A DNA stretch of 64,000 nt from an uncultured Acidobacteriota bacterium (GCA_963827655.1 CAWHCF010000049.1:96001-160000); one strand, 5' to 3'; counted from the first letter of the stretch, positions 1-11,324 are shown. Notes: generated from the sequence alone by a model not told the origin. Translations and numbers: made by a program.

Positions 1-163
1 AGTGATTCTATTCGAATCTGTTTGACTTCAGGAAAGGAATTCAGCGTTTTGTGGCGGATCGTTTCCATCCCTGCCGTGGAATTCTCATTCCACGAGAGCA
101 AGACAGATAATGCTCTTGGCGGCTGATTTGACTCGCTTCGCGGTTTGGGCTAGTGTTTACGTC

Positions 164-1645
164 ATGGATCAACCCTCGCCCAAAACTCTTGGAGAGCTCC
201 GGAATAGCCCTTACCACGCCATTCATTCCGGCGCCCGCAGCGTCAAGGATGAAATGCGAAGAAACCTGCAGGAGGCGCTGCGAAAAAAGGAAGCCCTTTT
301 TCCCGGTATCGTAGGGTATGACGAGACGGTTCTTCCGCAGTTAATCAACGGTATTCTCAGCAAACACAACATGATTCTGCTCGGGCTTCGGGGTCAGGCG
401 AAGAGCCGCATTCTTCGCTCCCTGGTGAGATTCCTGGACCAGTGGATTCCTGCGGTTGCCGGCTGCGAGATCCACGATACTCCGTATGCGCCTATCTGCC
501 GTGAGTGCCGAATGCGTTTGAATCTCGCGGGTGACGAGCTGCCCATCCGTTTCCTGCACCGGGACGAACGGTACGTGGAGAAGCTGGCCACTCCTGACGT
601 GACCATTGCCGACATTATTGGAGACGTCGACCCGATCCGGGCGGCCAAGGCGGGCCTTGACCTCTCCGATGAGCTGACCATTCACTACGGCTTGCTCCCG
701 AGGGCAAATCGAGGGATCTTCGCCATCAATGAGCTTCCCGATATGGCGGGCAAGATCCAGGTGGGACTGTTCAATATCCTGCAGGAAGGGGACGTTCAGA
801 TCAAAGGGTACCCGGTCAGACTGCCGCTGGACATCATGATGGTTTTTTCGGCGAACCCTGAGGATTACACCGCGCGAGGAAAGATTATCACGCCGCTCAA
901 GGACCGGATCGGCTCCGAGATTCGCACGCACTATCCCGCCACGCTCGAGGATGGCATGGCTATTACCCGGCAGGAGGCCTGGCTGGGCCGCGGTAGCGAT
1001 GTGCCGACTAACATTCCCGTCTTTGTGGCCGAGGTCGTTGAAGCGGTCGCATTTGCGGCGCGCAAGGATGCGCGCGTCGACAAGCGCAGCGGGGTCAGCC
1101 AGCGCCTGGCGATCACTTGTCTCGAAAATACCATGTCCAACGCCGAACGACGCGCGTTGCTGCAGCGGGAGAAGACGATTGTTCCGAGAATCGGCGACAT
1201 CTACGCCGCCATCCCGTCCCTCACCGGCAAATTCGAGCTGGAGTACGAAGGCGAGCTGCGGGGGGCGGACAACGTCGCGCGCGACCTCATCCGCGTGGCT
1301 GTGGGAGAAGTCTTTCAAAGATACTGTGAGGGCGAAGATTGCCGGCGCATAGTGGACTGGTTCGACCTTGGGGGAAACCTGCGTATTCCGACCGAAGCCT
1401 CGACCAGCGACTGTATGGAACAATTTCGCGGAATCCAGGGGCTGCTGGAGAAAGCCGATGCGGTCCTGAGGGCGGGGAAGCACTCTCCCGAGCAGCGCGT
1501 TGCCGCGGCCGAGTTCGTCCTGGAAGGCTTGTATGCGCAGAAGAAGATCAACCGGAATGAAGAGCGCGTCTTTCAGGCGATAGAAAAGAAACAGCGGGAG
1601 ACTTATTTCGACGATCTCGGTGAAAGCCGGAAAAAATGGAACTGA
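164..1645 (+). CDS. Magnesium-chelatase-subunit-I-like / MoxR-related AAA+ ATPase
   Basis: ORF 110..1645 with probable ATG at 164. Walker A-like GLRGQAKS, Walker B-like FAINELPD, SANPEDY sensor and DRIGS arginine-finger region. Lies directly upstream of a VWA gene. Confidence 0.85.
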   Translation: MDQPSPKTLGELRNSPYHAIHSGARSVKDEMRRNLQEALRKKEALFPGIVGYDETVLPQLINGILSKHNMILLGLRGQAKSRILRSLVRFLDQWIPAVAGCEIHDTPYAPICRECRMRLNLAGDELPIRFLHRDERYVEKLATPDVTIADIIGDVDPIRAAKAGLDLSDELTIHYGLLPRANRGIFAINELPDMAGKIQVGLFNILQEGDVQIKGYPVRLPLDIMMVFSANPEDYTARGKIITPLKDRIGSEIRTHYPATLEDGMAITRQEAWLGRGSDVPTNIPVFVAEVVEAVAFAARKDARVDKRSGVSQRLAITCLENTMSNAERRALLQREKTIVPRIGDIYAAIPSLTGKFELEYEGELRGADNVARDLIRVAVGEVFQRYCEGEDCRRIVDWFDLGGNLRIPTEASTSDCMEQFRGIQGLLEKADAVLRAGKHSPEQRVAAAEFVLEGLYAQKKINRNEERVFQAIEKKQRETYFDDLGESRKKWN

Positions 1646-1673
1646 TTCAGACGATCGCCAGCGAGACGAAATA

Positions 1674-1710
1674 CACGCCAGGACGCAAAGACACGAAGAA
1701 ACGCTAAGAA
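1674..1710 (+). repeat. 9-nt-period repeat (CAAAGACACGAAGAAACGCTAAG family)
   Basis: cacgccaggacgcaaagacacgaagaaacgctaagaa. Positions 1686-1708 are the exact reverse complement of 50552-50574. Confidence 0.7.
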
Positions 1711-1715
1711 GCAAA

Positions 1716-2960
1716 ATGAAATCGATCAACTATTCCAAGTACACCGGCGAAGACTGGGACTCTCTCAGCATCGAGGAATTGTTGAACAAGCTGTCCGATT
1801 TTCTCCTTCAGTCCGGTTTCAATAACCCGTACTTCGATGACTTCCGGAATTCAGATCGAGACTTGCAGGCGTTGCACGACGCCATTCTCAATGCTCTCCT
1901 GCGAAATGGCATGCTCCCGGATGAGATGCTGTCTGAGATGAAGAATATGGACAATGGCGAGGAATTCGAGAATTCCGACATTTCGCGCCTGATCCAGTAC
2001 CTGATAAACCGGCTCACCCAGGAGGGATACATCCGGGTACAGAGGCAAAAGAAACCTACGACCGGGAAAGGCGGACGTGGCTCCGATCAGGGGCGAGTGC
2101 GTTTCGAGCTCACCGATAAGGCGCTCGATTTCCTGGGCTACAAAACGCTCAAGAATCTGCTGGGATCTCTGGGAAAATCCAACTTCGGGCGGCACGACAC
2201 ACGCGACATGGCCACCGGGGTTGAAACCAGCGGCATGACAAAGCTCTACGAATTCGGCGACACCCTGAATCTGGACGCCAGCGGGACTATTCTCAATTCA
2301 ATCCAGCGCGAGGGGCTGCAAATGCCGATCAATCTGGAGTACTCCGACCTCCAGGTTCACCAGTGCGAGTACCAGTCTTCCTGCGCGACGGTCCTGATGC
2401 TCGACTGCAGCCACAGCATGATTCTGTACGGCGAGGACCGCTTTACCCCGGCAAAAAAAGTGGCCCTCGCGCTGGCGCACCTGATTCGGACTCAGTATCC
2501 GGGGGATACGCTCCACGTGGTTCTGTTTCACGATTCGGCCGAAGAGATTCCGTTGAGCCGCCTGGCCCGTGTTCAAGTGGGGCCGTTTTACACCAACACC
2601 CGGGAGGGGCTGCGCCTGGCGCAGCGCATCCTTGCCCGGGAGAACAAAGATATGCGGCAGATTGTCATGATCACGGATGGCAAGCCTTCGGCGGTGACCG
2701 AGGAGGACGGGTCCATCTACCGGAACGCCTTTGGTCTGGATCCCTACGTGGTGGGGTTGACCTTCAAGGAAGTAAGCCAGTGCCGGCGCTCCAACATCCT
2801 CATCAATACTTTCATGCTCGCCCGCGACTACGACCTGGTCGCTTTTGTGCGCAAGGTCACGGAGATCTGCCGCGGAAAAGCCTACTTCACAACGCCCCGG
2901 TCGCTCGGCCAGTACATCCTCATGGACTACATGCGCAACAAAGTTCAAAAGGTCCACTGA
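1716..2960 (+). CDS. VWA (von Willebrand A) domain protein, partner of the upstream AAA+ ATPase
   Basis: MIDAS motif LDCSHSM and ITDGKPS. Probable ATG at 1716, after an intergenic repeat. Confidence 0.85.
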   Translation: MKSINYSKYTGEDWDSLSIEELLNKLSDFLLQSGFNNPYFDDFRNSDRDLQALHDAILNALLRNGMLPDEMLSEMKNMDNGEEFENSDISRLIQYLINRLTQEGYIRVQRQKKPTTGKGGRGSDQGRVRFELTDKALDFLGYKTLKNLLGSLGKSNFGRHDTRDMATGVETSGMTKLYEFGDTLNLDASGTILNSIQREGLQMPINLEYSDLQVHQCEYQSSCATVLMLDCSHSMILYGEDRFTPAKKVALALAHLIRTQYPGDTLHVVLFHDSAEEIPLSRLARVQVGPFYTNTREGLRLAQRILARENKDMRQIVMITDGKPSAVTEEDGSIYRNAFGLDPYVVGLTFKEVSQCRRSNILINTFMLARDYDLVAFVRKVTEICRGKAYFTTPRSLGQYILMDYMRNKVQKVH

Positions 2961-3058
2961 GGATCAAAGATGCCACTGAGACGTCTAAGACATCGAAGAA
3001 CACTAAGAATTTTGACCGTACCACGCCAAGAAAGGAACCGACGAGTGACACGACGAGG

Positions 3059-3913
3059 TCAGGCGCCGGCTCCGGGCCCCAACTGTTCGAGCGCTCCATC
3101 CAGATCGAGGTTTTCGTGAATGAGGCCCCGCAGCACACGCATCATCCGGCGCGGATCGGGGGATTGGAAGACATTGCGCCCGATAAACATCCCTCTCGCG
3201 CCGGCCGATAACGCTCCCTTTACCATTTCCAGCGTCTGCCGCAGCGTCGTGGTCTTGGGGCCGCCGGCGATCAGGACTGGACGGAAAGACGCCTGGACGA
3301 CCTGGCTGAATGACTCCGCATCTCCACTGTAGTCGGTTTTGAGCACGTCGGCTCCAATTTCACATGCCATGCGCGCGCCCAGCGCAATGAAGTCCGCCCG
3401 GTACGGATTGTCTCCGACGCGCGCTCCCCGAGCCATCGGTTCGATAATGCAACCGATTCCCATCGCCTCGCAGGCTCGGGCGACACGAGCTACGTCTTCA
3501 ACCTGGCGGGCCTCGGCATCAGGATCATCGTAACCGATGAACATATAGACCAGCACGGCATCCGCGCCTAACCGGGCCGCATCTTCGACCGAAGCAATCA
3601 GCCGCCCGCGTCCCTCGTCGCTTCCCAGCGCGTCGGGAGCCCGCCAGCGGTTGGTCCAGTCCAGTCTCAGAATCAAGCCGGGTGCGCCTCGTCCTGCGAA
3701 TACGCTCGAGCACTCTCGAGCGATTCCGGGCCCTACCAGAAAGGCGTCGGCTCCCGCTTGGGCGAGATCGGCCAGAACACTCAAGGGTTTCAGAGTCCCT
3801 GGAATGACGCCGAGGTGCAGCCCGTGATCAAAGGCAACCACGGCCGCTCGCCCTCTTTCGGGGTCAAGAATTCGCGCAAGGCGTATCGTCTTACCTGTAT
3901 CAGGAAGGTTCAT
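3059..3913 (-). CDS. DhnA/LsrF-family class I aldolase
   Basis: AFDHG motif, GADAV, Schiff-base region GADVLKTDY, IAGGPK and GRNVFQ. Confidence 0.85.
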   Translation of the reverse strand: MNLPDTGKTIRLARILDPERGRAAVVAFDHGLHLGVIPGTLKPLSVLADLAQAGADAFLVGPGIARECSSVFAGRGAPGLILRLDWTNRWRAPDALGSDEGRGRLIASVEDAARLGADAVLVYMFIGYDDPDAEARQVEDVARVARACEAMGIGCIIEPMARGARVGDNPYRADFIALGARMACEIGADVLKTDYSGDAESFSQVVQASFRPVLIAGGPKTTTLRQTLEMVKGALSAGARGMFIGRNVFQSPDPRRMMRVLRGLIHENLDLDGALEQLGPGAGA

Positions 3914-3926
3914 GGAATTCTCTCAA

Positions 3927-6110
3927 TCAGAAGTGGCGAAAGTCCAGGATAGGAGCGTCGTTCTCGATCCAGGCCTTGATGATGCGGTCGCCGGCGGTCA
4001 TGCGTTCGACCACCGGCATTCCGCTGATCACCCGCCCGAAGCAGGTATAGCCGCCCTCCAGGTGAGGCTGAGGCGATAACGTGATGAAGAACTGGCTCCC
4101 GCCCGTGTCTTTTCCGGATAGGGCCATACCCACGCTGCCTCGCTCGTACGGAAGCATATTAATCTCGCAGCGGATGGTGTAGCCCGGGCCGCCTTCCATA
4201 TCGTTTCGCGGATCTCCTCCCTGAATGACGAAGTAAGGAACCACGCGCATAAAGCTCAGGCCGTGGTAAAAACTTCTTCTTGCCAGCGAGGCGAAGTTGT
4301 CAACCGTGATCGGCGCCTCGTGCGGATACAATTCTATCTCGATGCGGCCTCGGGTAGTTTCGAGCACCGCGACCATGCTATCCCGTCGCGAGGCGGCGAC
4401 GATCTCGTAAGAAGCAGTTGTCTTCAGTGTCTCGGACGGTCCGGGATCCTGAGGGATGTCGGTAGCGCCTGACCGGGAGAGCAAGCGGGCAGCCGCCAGC
4501 CGGACGTTTCGCTGTCGGTCCTTCAAGGCCAGGCGGCACGCAGCCTCGACTTCCGGCTCGCGCATCCAGGGTTCCAGCGCATTGAGGACTGCGATCTTCG
4601 CCTCCAGATCGGTCCCTGGCGCCATCAAACCATAGGCCTGGATCAAGGGTTCCCAATTACGACCCGTTCCTGGCCTGGGTTTGTAGGCAGCCACTGCCGC
4701 TCGAAGCACGACGCCATCGCGCGACGAGAGATAGGCGGGCAGGATTTCTGACAGGTCGGGGGCTTCCGCCCTGGCCAGTGCTTCAAGGACTGATGGAACC
4801 GCCAGCGCGTAAGAGGACGCGGCCTCCTGGTCCGCCGCGCCGATCAGGATTTGCTTCAGGTGCTCGATCGCCCGCGGACCTTTGAGTTCCCCAAGGGCCT
4901 GCGCCCACGACCGAATCTCGGCCGGAGTCGAGAACCTGCCTGGCTGTGCGAATTCGTAGAACCGATCACGATCGGATGATTCTCTGAGCAGTCTGGCCAG
5001 TGCGACTACAGCGCTGTTAGCCACCGGTCCTCTGACCTTCAACAAGGAGACGAGGGCGGGTTCGGCTGCCGGAGACCCTATCGATCCCAGCGCCGCGGCG
5101 GCCTGAACCGCGAAATTTACTTGATCAGGGTTAGCTTCAGTAATGGGAGCGGCCAGAAGCGCCGCCTCGATCGGACGAACCGACTCCGGGTTCTTGAGAT
5201 TGCCTAACGCCTGCACGGCGCAGACCCGGACCGAGAGCGGGAGGCGATTCCTTGTCACGGTTCAAACGGCGGGAGCAAGGGGTGAAGCCGGCGGGCAAGA
5301 TCGGGGTCCTCACAGATCCCGAGACCGCGGGCCGCATGAGCTCTTACATCAGGACTTGGACTTTCGAGCAGCCGCAAGAACGTCGCGCGCGCGCCCCGGG
5401 CGCGCATCCGAAACAGGGCGTTGGCTGCGCGCCACTGGATTTCCGGGTCGGTCTCGGTCGCGAATCTCTCGAGCAGAGGAACGGCGACCGGGTTCTGCAG
5501 CCGGCATTAACGCGGTGATAGCCAGCGCCAGGTAAGCTTGCTCATGGGGTGAGCCATCATAGAAGAATTTCTGCATCCGCCCGGCAATCTCTCCCGCATA
5601 CGCAGCGGGCGCTGCTTTCCCTATCGCCTCGACGGCCCGCATGCGCACTTGAACCGCCGGATCTTCCAGCAAGCCGGCAAGCTGCGGCACGGCGCGGCCG
5701 TCCGGCTGGCGAAATTGCTCCTTCAGCATCTCGCGATCTTCGATCTCACCCACCGCGAAGGCGGCAGCCGCTCTGACATCTTTGTAATTGGACCGGAAAG
5801 CAGCGTAGAGCCAGGGCAGGGCTCTCGGGTCTCCTATCCTTCCCAGCGCGATCGCGCACCATTGGCGAACTTCCGGATAGGGCGATCCTTCCAGATGGTT
5901 TTTCAGGAAGTCATCGGGTCCGAAGGAGCGTTGATCCTCGCGTTTCAGGATCTCGGCAAAAATCCGGTTGCGTTCGCGCTCCTGGAAACTGGGCTCCTGC
6001 CGCGCGCAGGATGCGAGAAAGCAGTAGGCAGTAAGAAGCAAGCCGTAAGCGGTCAGCCGGGCCGGGCAGGCAATCGAACAGTGCCGAAAGGATCGAGCCG
6101 TGGGTCCCAT
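3927..6110 (-). CDS. Lipoprotein with HEAT repeats and a C-terminal cyclophilin-type peptidyl-prolyl isomerase (frameshifted)
   Basis: ORF 5349..6110 has lipobox LASC and HEAT repeats. A middle frame reads RLQNPVAVPLLERF...WRAANALFR. ORF 3927..5258 has the cyclophilin motifs FMRVVPYFVIQGGDP and GGSQFFIT. Two apparent shifts, near 5500 and 5260. Confidence 0.8.
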
Positions 6111-6130
6111 ATCTGCTTACTGCCTGCCGC

Positions 6131-6658
6131 CTACTGGTATTTCAGTCCCGTGATTTCGACGACCAGCTCCTTGGGATTCCACAGCTGCTCTATCGGTTCG
6201 ATCCAGACGGTGAAGTCACGCTTTTCAAGGGGTTCCATGGGACGATTCAGCCCTACTCCAGGGCGCAATGGTGTTCTGGTCCGCTCGGCGGACAATTTCT
6301 GGTAAACATCAAAGAGCGCCAGGTGCATTTCGAGCGCCTCGAGTTTCCGGTCTCCTTCGTTGTTGATGATGCCTGAGATTATGGCAATCCGGCTCTTGGC
6401 GAAGTTGATCCCCAGCGTCGCCTTGACGTCGGAAAGGCGGATGTATTTCTTATAGTACTCGAACCCGGGGTCGCCGGCGCGCAGCATTCCAGGGACGGGC
6501 CCGAGCTGGCCTTCGATCGCTTTGGATCTCTTCTGGTGCTGAATGTAGAGGAAGAGCCCGCCGATTCCCAGGGCCAAGATGGCGATGGTATACAAGGGAA
6601 CGTAGGAGCGCGACGGCCTCGATTCGGAGCTGAACTCGATCATGGGATCAATTGCCAC
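6131..6658 (-). CDS. Single-TM membrane protein with a periplasmic beta-sandwich (FxLYD/DUF3426-like)
   Basis: N-terminal TM segment followed by ISGIINNEGDRKL...LFD. Overlaps the pmbA stop. Confidence 0.6.
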   Translation of the reverse strand: MAIDPMIEFSSESRPSRSYVPLYTIAILALGIGGLFLYIQHQKRSKAIEGQLGPVPGMLRAGDPGFEYYKKYIRLSDVKATLGINFAKSRIAIISGIINNEGDRKLEALEMHLALFDVYQKLSAERTRTPLRPGVGLNRPMEPLEKRDFTVWIEPIEQLWNPKELVVEITGLKYQ

Positions 6659-7991
6659 TGACGACCATTTTCCTTATCTTGAGCGAGGGGGCGAAGGTTT
6701 CAGACAGAATCTGAAGATCGTTCCCTACGGCCTCGATGCCTAACAACATATCCTTAAGATTCCCCGCAATGGTAATTTCTTCCACGGGGTACGCAAGTCT
6801 GCCGTTTTCAATCCAGATGCCTGCGGCGCCCTGGCTGTAATTGCCGCTCACGATGTTTACACCGAATCCGATCAGTTCGGTGACGAGGAGACCGCTCTTC
6901 ATCGAGGCGATCATGTCCTCGGGCGAAACTTTTCCTGGCTTGAGGTAGAAGTTCGAAGGCCCGGCTGCCGGCGCGCCGGAGACCTGGCGCGTCGAATTTC
7001 CGGTCGACTGCCGTCCCAGCCTGCGCGCCGCGTATGAATCGAGAAGGTAGTTTCTCAAAATACCTTCTTCGATAACGGGCGTGGCGCGCGAGGGAATTCC
7101 TTCCGAATCGAAGGGGCGGGACCCCAGCCCGCCGGGTAGCAGAGCGTCATCGATGATTGTCACTTCGGGCGACGCGACTCGGGCTTCCAGCCTGTCCAGC
7201 AGAAAGGAAGCTTTGCGGAGAAGGGCGGTTCCACTCACGGCGTCGGCGACATGGGAGAGCAGGCTTGCCGCGGCACGGGGGTCGAAGAGTACAGGCGCCT
7301 CGCAGGTAGGAACCTTGCGGGCACCAAGCCGCCGTAAGGTCCGCCGCGCGGCTTCCTCCCCGACGTCTTCGGGAGACTGCAGCTTCGATGCATCGAGACC
7401 CGTGGAAAGCCAATAGTCGCGCTGCTTGTTGCCATCAAGTTCTGCCAGCGGACAGGCGAGCAGCGTTGCCAGGCTTCTGGAGTAGGAATCGCAAATACCA
7501 ATCGAGTTCGCATACGTGATCTTTGTGACGGAATCCGAGAAACTGGCTCCTTCGGAATTGTTGATTCTGGGATCGAAACGCAGAGATGCGTCTTCGCAGC
7601 GCCTGGCGCGCGAGATTTTTTCATCCGGCGGGAGTTGTTGCGCTTCGGGAAAGCAGAGCGCGAGACGCGAGCTGCCATTTCGATGGTACAGCTCCTTTGA
7701 AGGAAGGCCTGCGTCCGCATCCTGGCCTGCGGCACGGGCCATGGAAAGCGCGTCCTGTATCAGGCTGCGAAGAGCCGAAGAAGAGAAGTCCGAGGTTGCC
7801 GAGACTGCGGTCTGGTTGCCGTGGAATACGCGAACTCCCAGCTGGCGAAAGTTGGCCTCGAAAAGCTTCTCAACCGAACCCATCCTTACCGACGTTGAGA
7901 ACTCGGCCCCTTCACGGACCATGACTTCGGCAGCGGTGGCTCCGGCGCGCATGGCGAGGTTGATGGTTTCTCGTGCAAGTTGCTGTCGCAT
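6648..7991 (-). CDS. pmbA: TldE/PmbA metalloprotease subunit
   Basis: GSRPFDSEG, NYSQGAAGIWIENG and EITIAGNL. Adjacent to tldD; probable ATG at 7991. Confidence 0.9.
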   Translation of the reverse strand: MRQQLARETINLAMRAGATAAEVMVREGAEFSTSVRMGSVEKLFEANFRQLGVRVFHGNQTAVSATSDFSSSALRSLIQDALSMARAAGQDADAGLPSKELYHRNGSSRLALCFPEAQQLPPDEKISRARRCEDASLRFDPRINNSEGASFSDSVTKITYANSIGICDSYSRSLATLLACPLAELDGNKQRDYWLSTGLDASKLQSPEDVGEEAARRTLRRLGARKVPTCEAPVLFDPRAAASLLSHVADAVSGTALLRKASFLLDRLEARVASPEVTIIDDALLPGGLGSRPFDSEGIPSRATPVIEEGILRNYLLDSYAARRLGRQSTGNSTRQVSGAPAAGPSNFYLKPGKVSPEDMIASMKSGLLVTELIGFGVNIVSGNYSQGAAGIWIENGRLAYPVEEITIAGNLKDMLLGIEAVGNDLQILSETFAPSLKIRKMVVSGN

Positions 7992-7997
7992 AGAAAT

Positions 7998-8056
7998 CAG
8001 TGCTGAGTAAAAAGTGCTGAGTCGGGCACTTCCACTCAGCACTCAGCGCACTTTCT
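7998..8056. repeat. Inverted AGTGCTG/CAGCACT heptamer element between tldD and pmbA
   Basis: cagtgctgagtaaaaagtgctgagtc ... actcagcactcagcgcact. Related to the 52589-52758 repeat. Confidence 0.65.
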
Positions 8057-9486
8057 ACTGTTTCTTGGTTCCTCCCACGGTCATCTCATCCACCTTGACC
8101 GTGGGCAGGCCGACACCGACGGGAATACTCTGCCCATCCTTCATACAGGTGCCGATGCCCTGGTCGAGCGAGAGATCATTTCCCACCATTGAAACCCTGG
8201 TAAGTACGTCAGGACCGTTGCCGATCAGTGTGGCTCCCTTGACCGGCGCCGTGACCTTCCCATCTTCGATCAGGTAAGCCTCGGACGCCGAAAAGACGAA
8301 CCTGCCGTTGGTAATATCAACCTGGCCGCCCGCGAAATTGACTGCATATAGACCTTTTTTTACCGACCGGATGATTTCCTGGCCGGTGCTGGATCCGGGG
8401 AGCATGAAGGTGTTGGTCATCCGCGGCATCGGCATGGAAGCATAACTCTCGCGTCGGCCGTTTCCCGTGATGGTAGACCTGGTAACACGAGCGCTCAACG
8501 CATCCTGCATGTATCCTCGAAGAATACCGTTCTCGATCAGGACCGTCCGTCCGGTCAGATGTCCTTCATCATCGACATTAAGAGAGCCCCTTCGGCCCTG
8601 GATTGTTCCATCATCCACGACGGTGCACAGCTCGGACGCGACCTTCTGGCCGATCCGTCCCGCGAATGCCGAGAGTCCTTTCCGGTTAAAGTCTGCTTCC
8701 AGACCATGTCCCACCGCTTCATGAAGAAGAATGCCCGGCCACCCCGGGCCCAGAACAACCGGCATTGGACCGGCGGGCGCCTCGCCTGGCCCCGAGCAGA
8801 ACGATGGCCTGGCGAGCCGCCTCGCGCGCAAAGAACGACGGGGAGCGCGACTCAAAGAATTCCAACCCGGCGCGACCTCCACCACCTGTTGTTCCGATCT
8901 GACGCTCGCCCTTTTCATGCGCGATGCAGGAAATTTGCAAGACCGTCAAGGGCCTGACATCACAGACCACGTCACCGGTCGAGCCATAGATCATGACCTG
9001 TTTCTTTTCATTGGCAAGAACGATCCGCACTTCGACGATCCTGGGGTCGTAGCTTCGGGCGGTCGTGTTCGCGTCTTGCAGCAGATCGAGCTTCCTGGTC
9101 AGCTCAATGTCCACCAACGGCTGGGCCACGCGATAGAGATCGTGTGTCGCTGCGGCCGATACCGGGGCAGGCGGGTCCGAGCCCGCGCGCGAACCGAGCG
9201 CAATGGCCGCCGCCGTGCGAGCCGCCCTCATCATGTCGTCCATCTCGAAGCCGTCAGAATAGGCGTACCCGGTCTTATCTCCTGCTATGACGCGGATTCC
9301 GACCCCCTGAGAAATGCTCTTGGAGGCATTCTTGAGAATGTTCTCCTCAAAAGTCAGGACATCGTTAGTGCGGGATTCGAAGTACAGATCCGCATAGTCG
9401 CCCCCGGTCGCGAGGCCGGTTGACAGCAGGGTTTCGAGATTCCTCTGGGTAATACCGAAGTTATCCGTGAAGAAGGATTGACTCAT
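8055..9486 (-). CDS. tldD: TldD metalloprotease subunit (frameshift near 8785)
   Basis: N-half in ORF 8719..9486 ([10 protein letters not shown]); C-half in ORF 8055..8918 ([31 protein letters not shown]). Confidence 0.9.
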
Positions 9487-9548
9487 CGAATCTTTGTTCT
9501 TGCTTGCGTCTGCGAGTTGCCGTGGTAATTCTGCTTCTTACGATTGGC

Positions 9549-10610
9549 TCAGTTCTTTGTTGCCGTGAGCTCCTGCAGCTTCTTCTTGTATTCCTCAACC
9601 TTATCTTTCTTGCCGGCTCTCCCGTAGACCTCCACGAGAAACCCGTAAGACTCCCGAAGCCCGTCGTTGTCGCCCGCTTTGCGATAAACTTGAACCGCCT
9701 GTTCGGCAAAAGTTGCCGCGCGGTTGAAGTCCATCGTGTATGCCGTATGGTCCGCCATCGCCATGAAACTCCGACCCTCATTGCGATGGTCTCCCAGGCC
9801 CTGGAACATTTTCTGAGCGTTGCTGAACAATTTGATCGGCTCCGGGCTGACGACGTTTATTGCGCTCAGGGCCCTCCCCTGCCAGAAGACGGCGCGCGCC
9901 TCGAGATTGGTCTGGGAGATGGCATGGCTTTGTTGGGCGGAGCGCCTGAACGCCTCGAGGGCGGGCTCGAACTTCTTCTGCTGGAACTGGGCCAGACCCA
10001 GATTGAAATTGTAGGAGCTGGCGCGCACATCATCCTTGAGGCTCTCCACCATCTCGCGCGCGGTCGTGAATTCTTTGACCGACTCTTCTCCCTTCCCGGT
10101 GGAAAGAAAAAGATAGCCCAGGTTGTTGTGGATGCCGGCTTCGAGAGACACATCTCCGGCTTGCTTGCTCAGGGCCAGGGCTTCTTGCAGAAGGGGCTCC
10201 GACTTGTCGAACTGTTTCTGATTGCTGAGCAGGATTGCCTGAAGTCTTAGCTGACGGCCTTTCAAGGCCTCCCTGGGAACCGGTTTCCGCTTTTCGACCC
10301 TGGTGTACTCGTTGAGGAACTTTTCAGCGACATCCAGTGTGGATCCTGCTTCTGCAGGCTCCAAATCTGTAATGTGCTGGTCCGCTTTCTCCAGGAGGCT
10401 CTTGAGCGTATCCGCAACACCCGTGGGAGACTTTCGAGCCAGGTTGACCGCTTGACGGATCTTCCCCTGTAGTGCCAGTTCTTGGGGCGACGATACCTTT
10501 AACACGGGCGCATTAGGATCGCGCGCCTTCGTTCCCGGCGCCTGTCCCCTCAGGAATGCAGCGGCGAGAAGTAAGGCGGCGGGCAGCGCGAGTCTCTTCA
10601 CCTTTGCCAT
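9549..10610 (-). CDS. Secreted tetratricopeptide-repeat protein
   Basis: Signal peptide; TPR-like helices such as HNNLGYLF and FNLGLAQF. Confidence 0.75.
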   Translation of the reverse strand: MAKVKRLALPAALLLAAAFLRGQAPGTKARDPNAPVLKVSSPQELALQGKIRQAVNLARKSPTGVADTLKSLLEKADQHITDLEPAEAGSTLDVAEKFLNEYTRVEKRKPVPREALKGRQLRLQAILLSNQKQFDKSEPLLQEALALSKQAGDVSLEAGIHNNLGYLFLSTGKGEESVKEFTTAREMVESLKDDVRASSYNFNLGLAQFQQKKFEPALEAFRRSAQQSHAISQTNLEARAVFWQGRALSAINVVSPEPIKLFSNAQKMFQGLGDHRNEGRSFMAMADHTAYTMDFNRAATFAEQAVQVYRKAGDNDGLRESYGFLVEVYGRAGKKDKVEEYKKKLQELTATKN

Positions 10611-10775
10611 TCTGATATCCCGGGAATTTTATCGACGATAAGCAACATCGAATCGAGGAGTATAGCAGTCGAAGGAAACAACCCCAAGCGGTTTGAACCC
10701 CGAGGTGGCGGGCGTCTTCGAACTGGCTGAAGGTTATTCTTGAGCTCTGACCACCAGGCCCGGAGCCGGAACCGC

Positions 10776-11246
10776 CTAACGTTTAAAGAGGATATTCAAA
10801 AAACTATTGCGAATGCCGTCGGCCCGCCCCAGCCAGGTTTCGATTTTTTCCTGCTCTTCCGGAGGAGCTTTGTGCTTGAGGTCCTGCAGATCCAAGAACG
10901 CCTTGCGCAGGTGGATTTCGAAACGGATGAGGGGTCTCGACATTTTCTTGCGGTTCACGTTCGCCTCAATGTCTTCCAGGGAGGCCGACAAGACCTTCAT
11001 CCAGGAATTGAGGTCCTCTTCAATAATCTCAAACTCTTGCTTCTGAACCGCGCTGCGCACGGACTTATGAAATCGCGCAGACGCAGTTTCATAAACCCGA
11101 ATCCTGCTGTCGACCTTTTCCTCTTTTTCTAACTTGCTTCGTTCGGTTGGCGTCAGTCCATCGGGGCCGGGCAACTGAACTGCTTGAATGTTCACGGGAC
11201 CCAGGAAGCGCCCCAGAATAACGAGGAAGAACACGAGCGAGTTCAT
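10776..11246 (-). CDS. Hypothetical exported alpha-helical protein
   Basis: 156-aa ORF with a hydrophobic N-terminus. A sigma70-like TTGCTT-17-TAAGAT lies at 11284-11256. Confidence 0.6.
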   Translation of the reverse strand: MNSLVFFLVILGRFLGPVNIQAVQLPGPDGLTPTERSKLEKEEKVDSRIRVYETASARFHKSVRSAVQKQEFEIIEEDLNSWMKVLSASLEDIEANVNRKKMSRPLIRFEIHLRKAFLDLQDLKHKAPPEEQEKIETWLGRADGIRNSFLNILFKR

Positions 11247-11324
11247 GACGAACTAATCTTAGGAAAAAGCCAATATCAAAGCAACTCTACAGGCCTGTTC
11301 ACCCTTTTCAATCACTCGATCCGC

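Noticed and set aside
341-1729. Long antisense ORFs (341..1729, 44103..45050, 60582..61454, 62677..63723 and others)
   Set aside because: These are shadows of well-supported genes on the opposite strand, which is common in GC-rich DNA.
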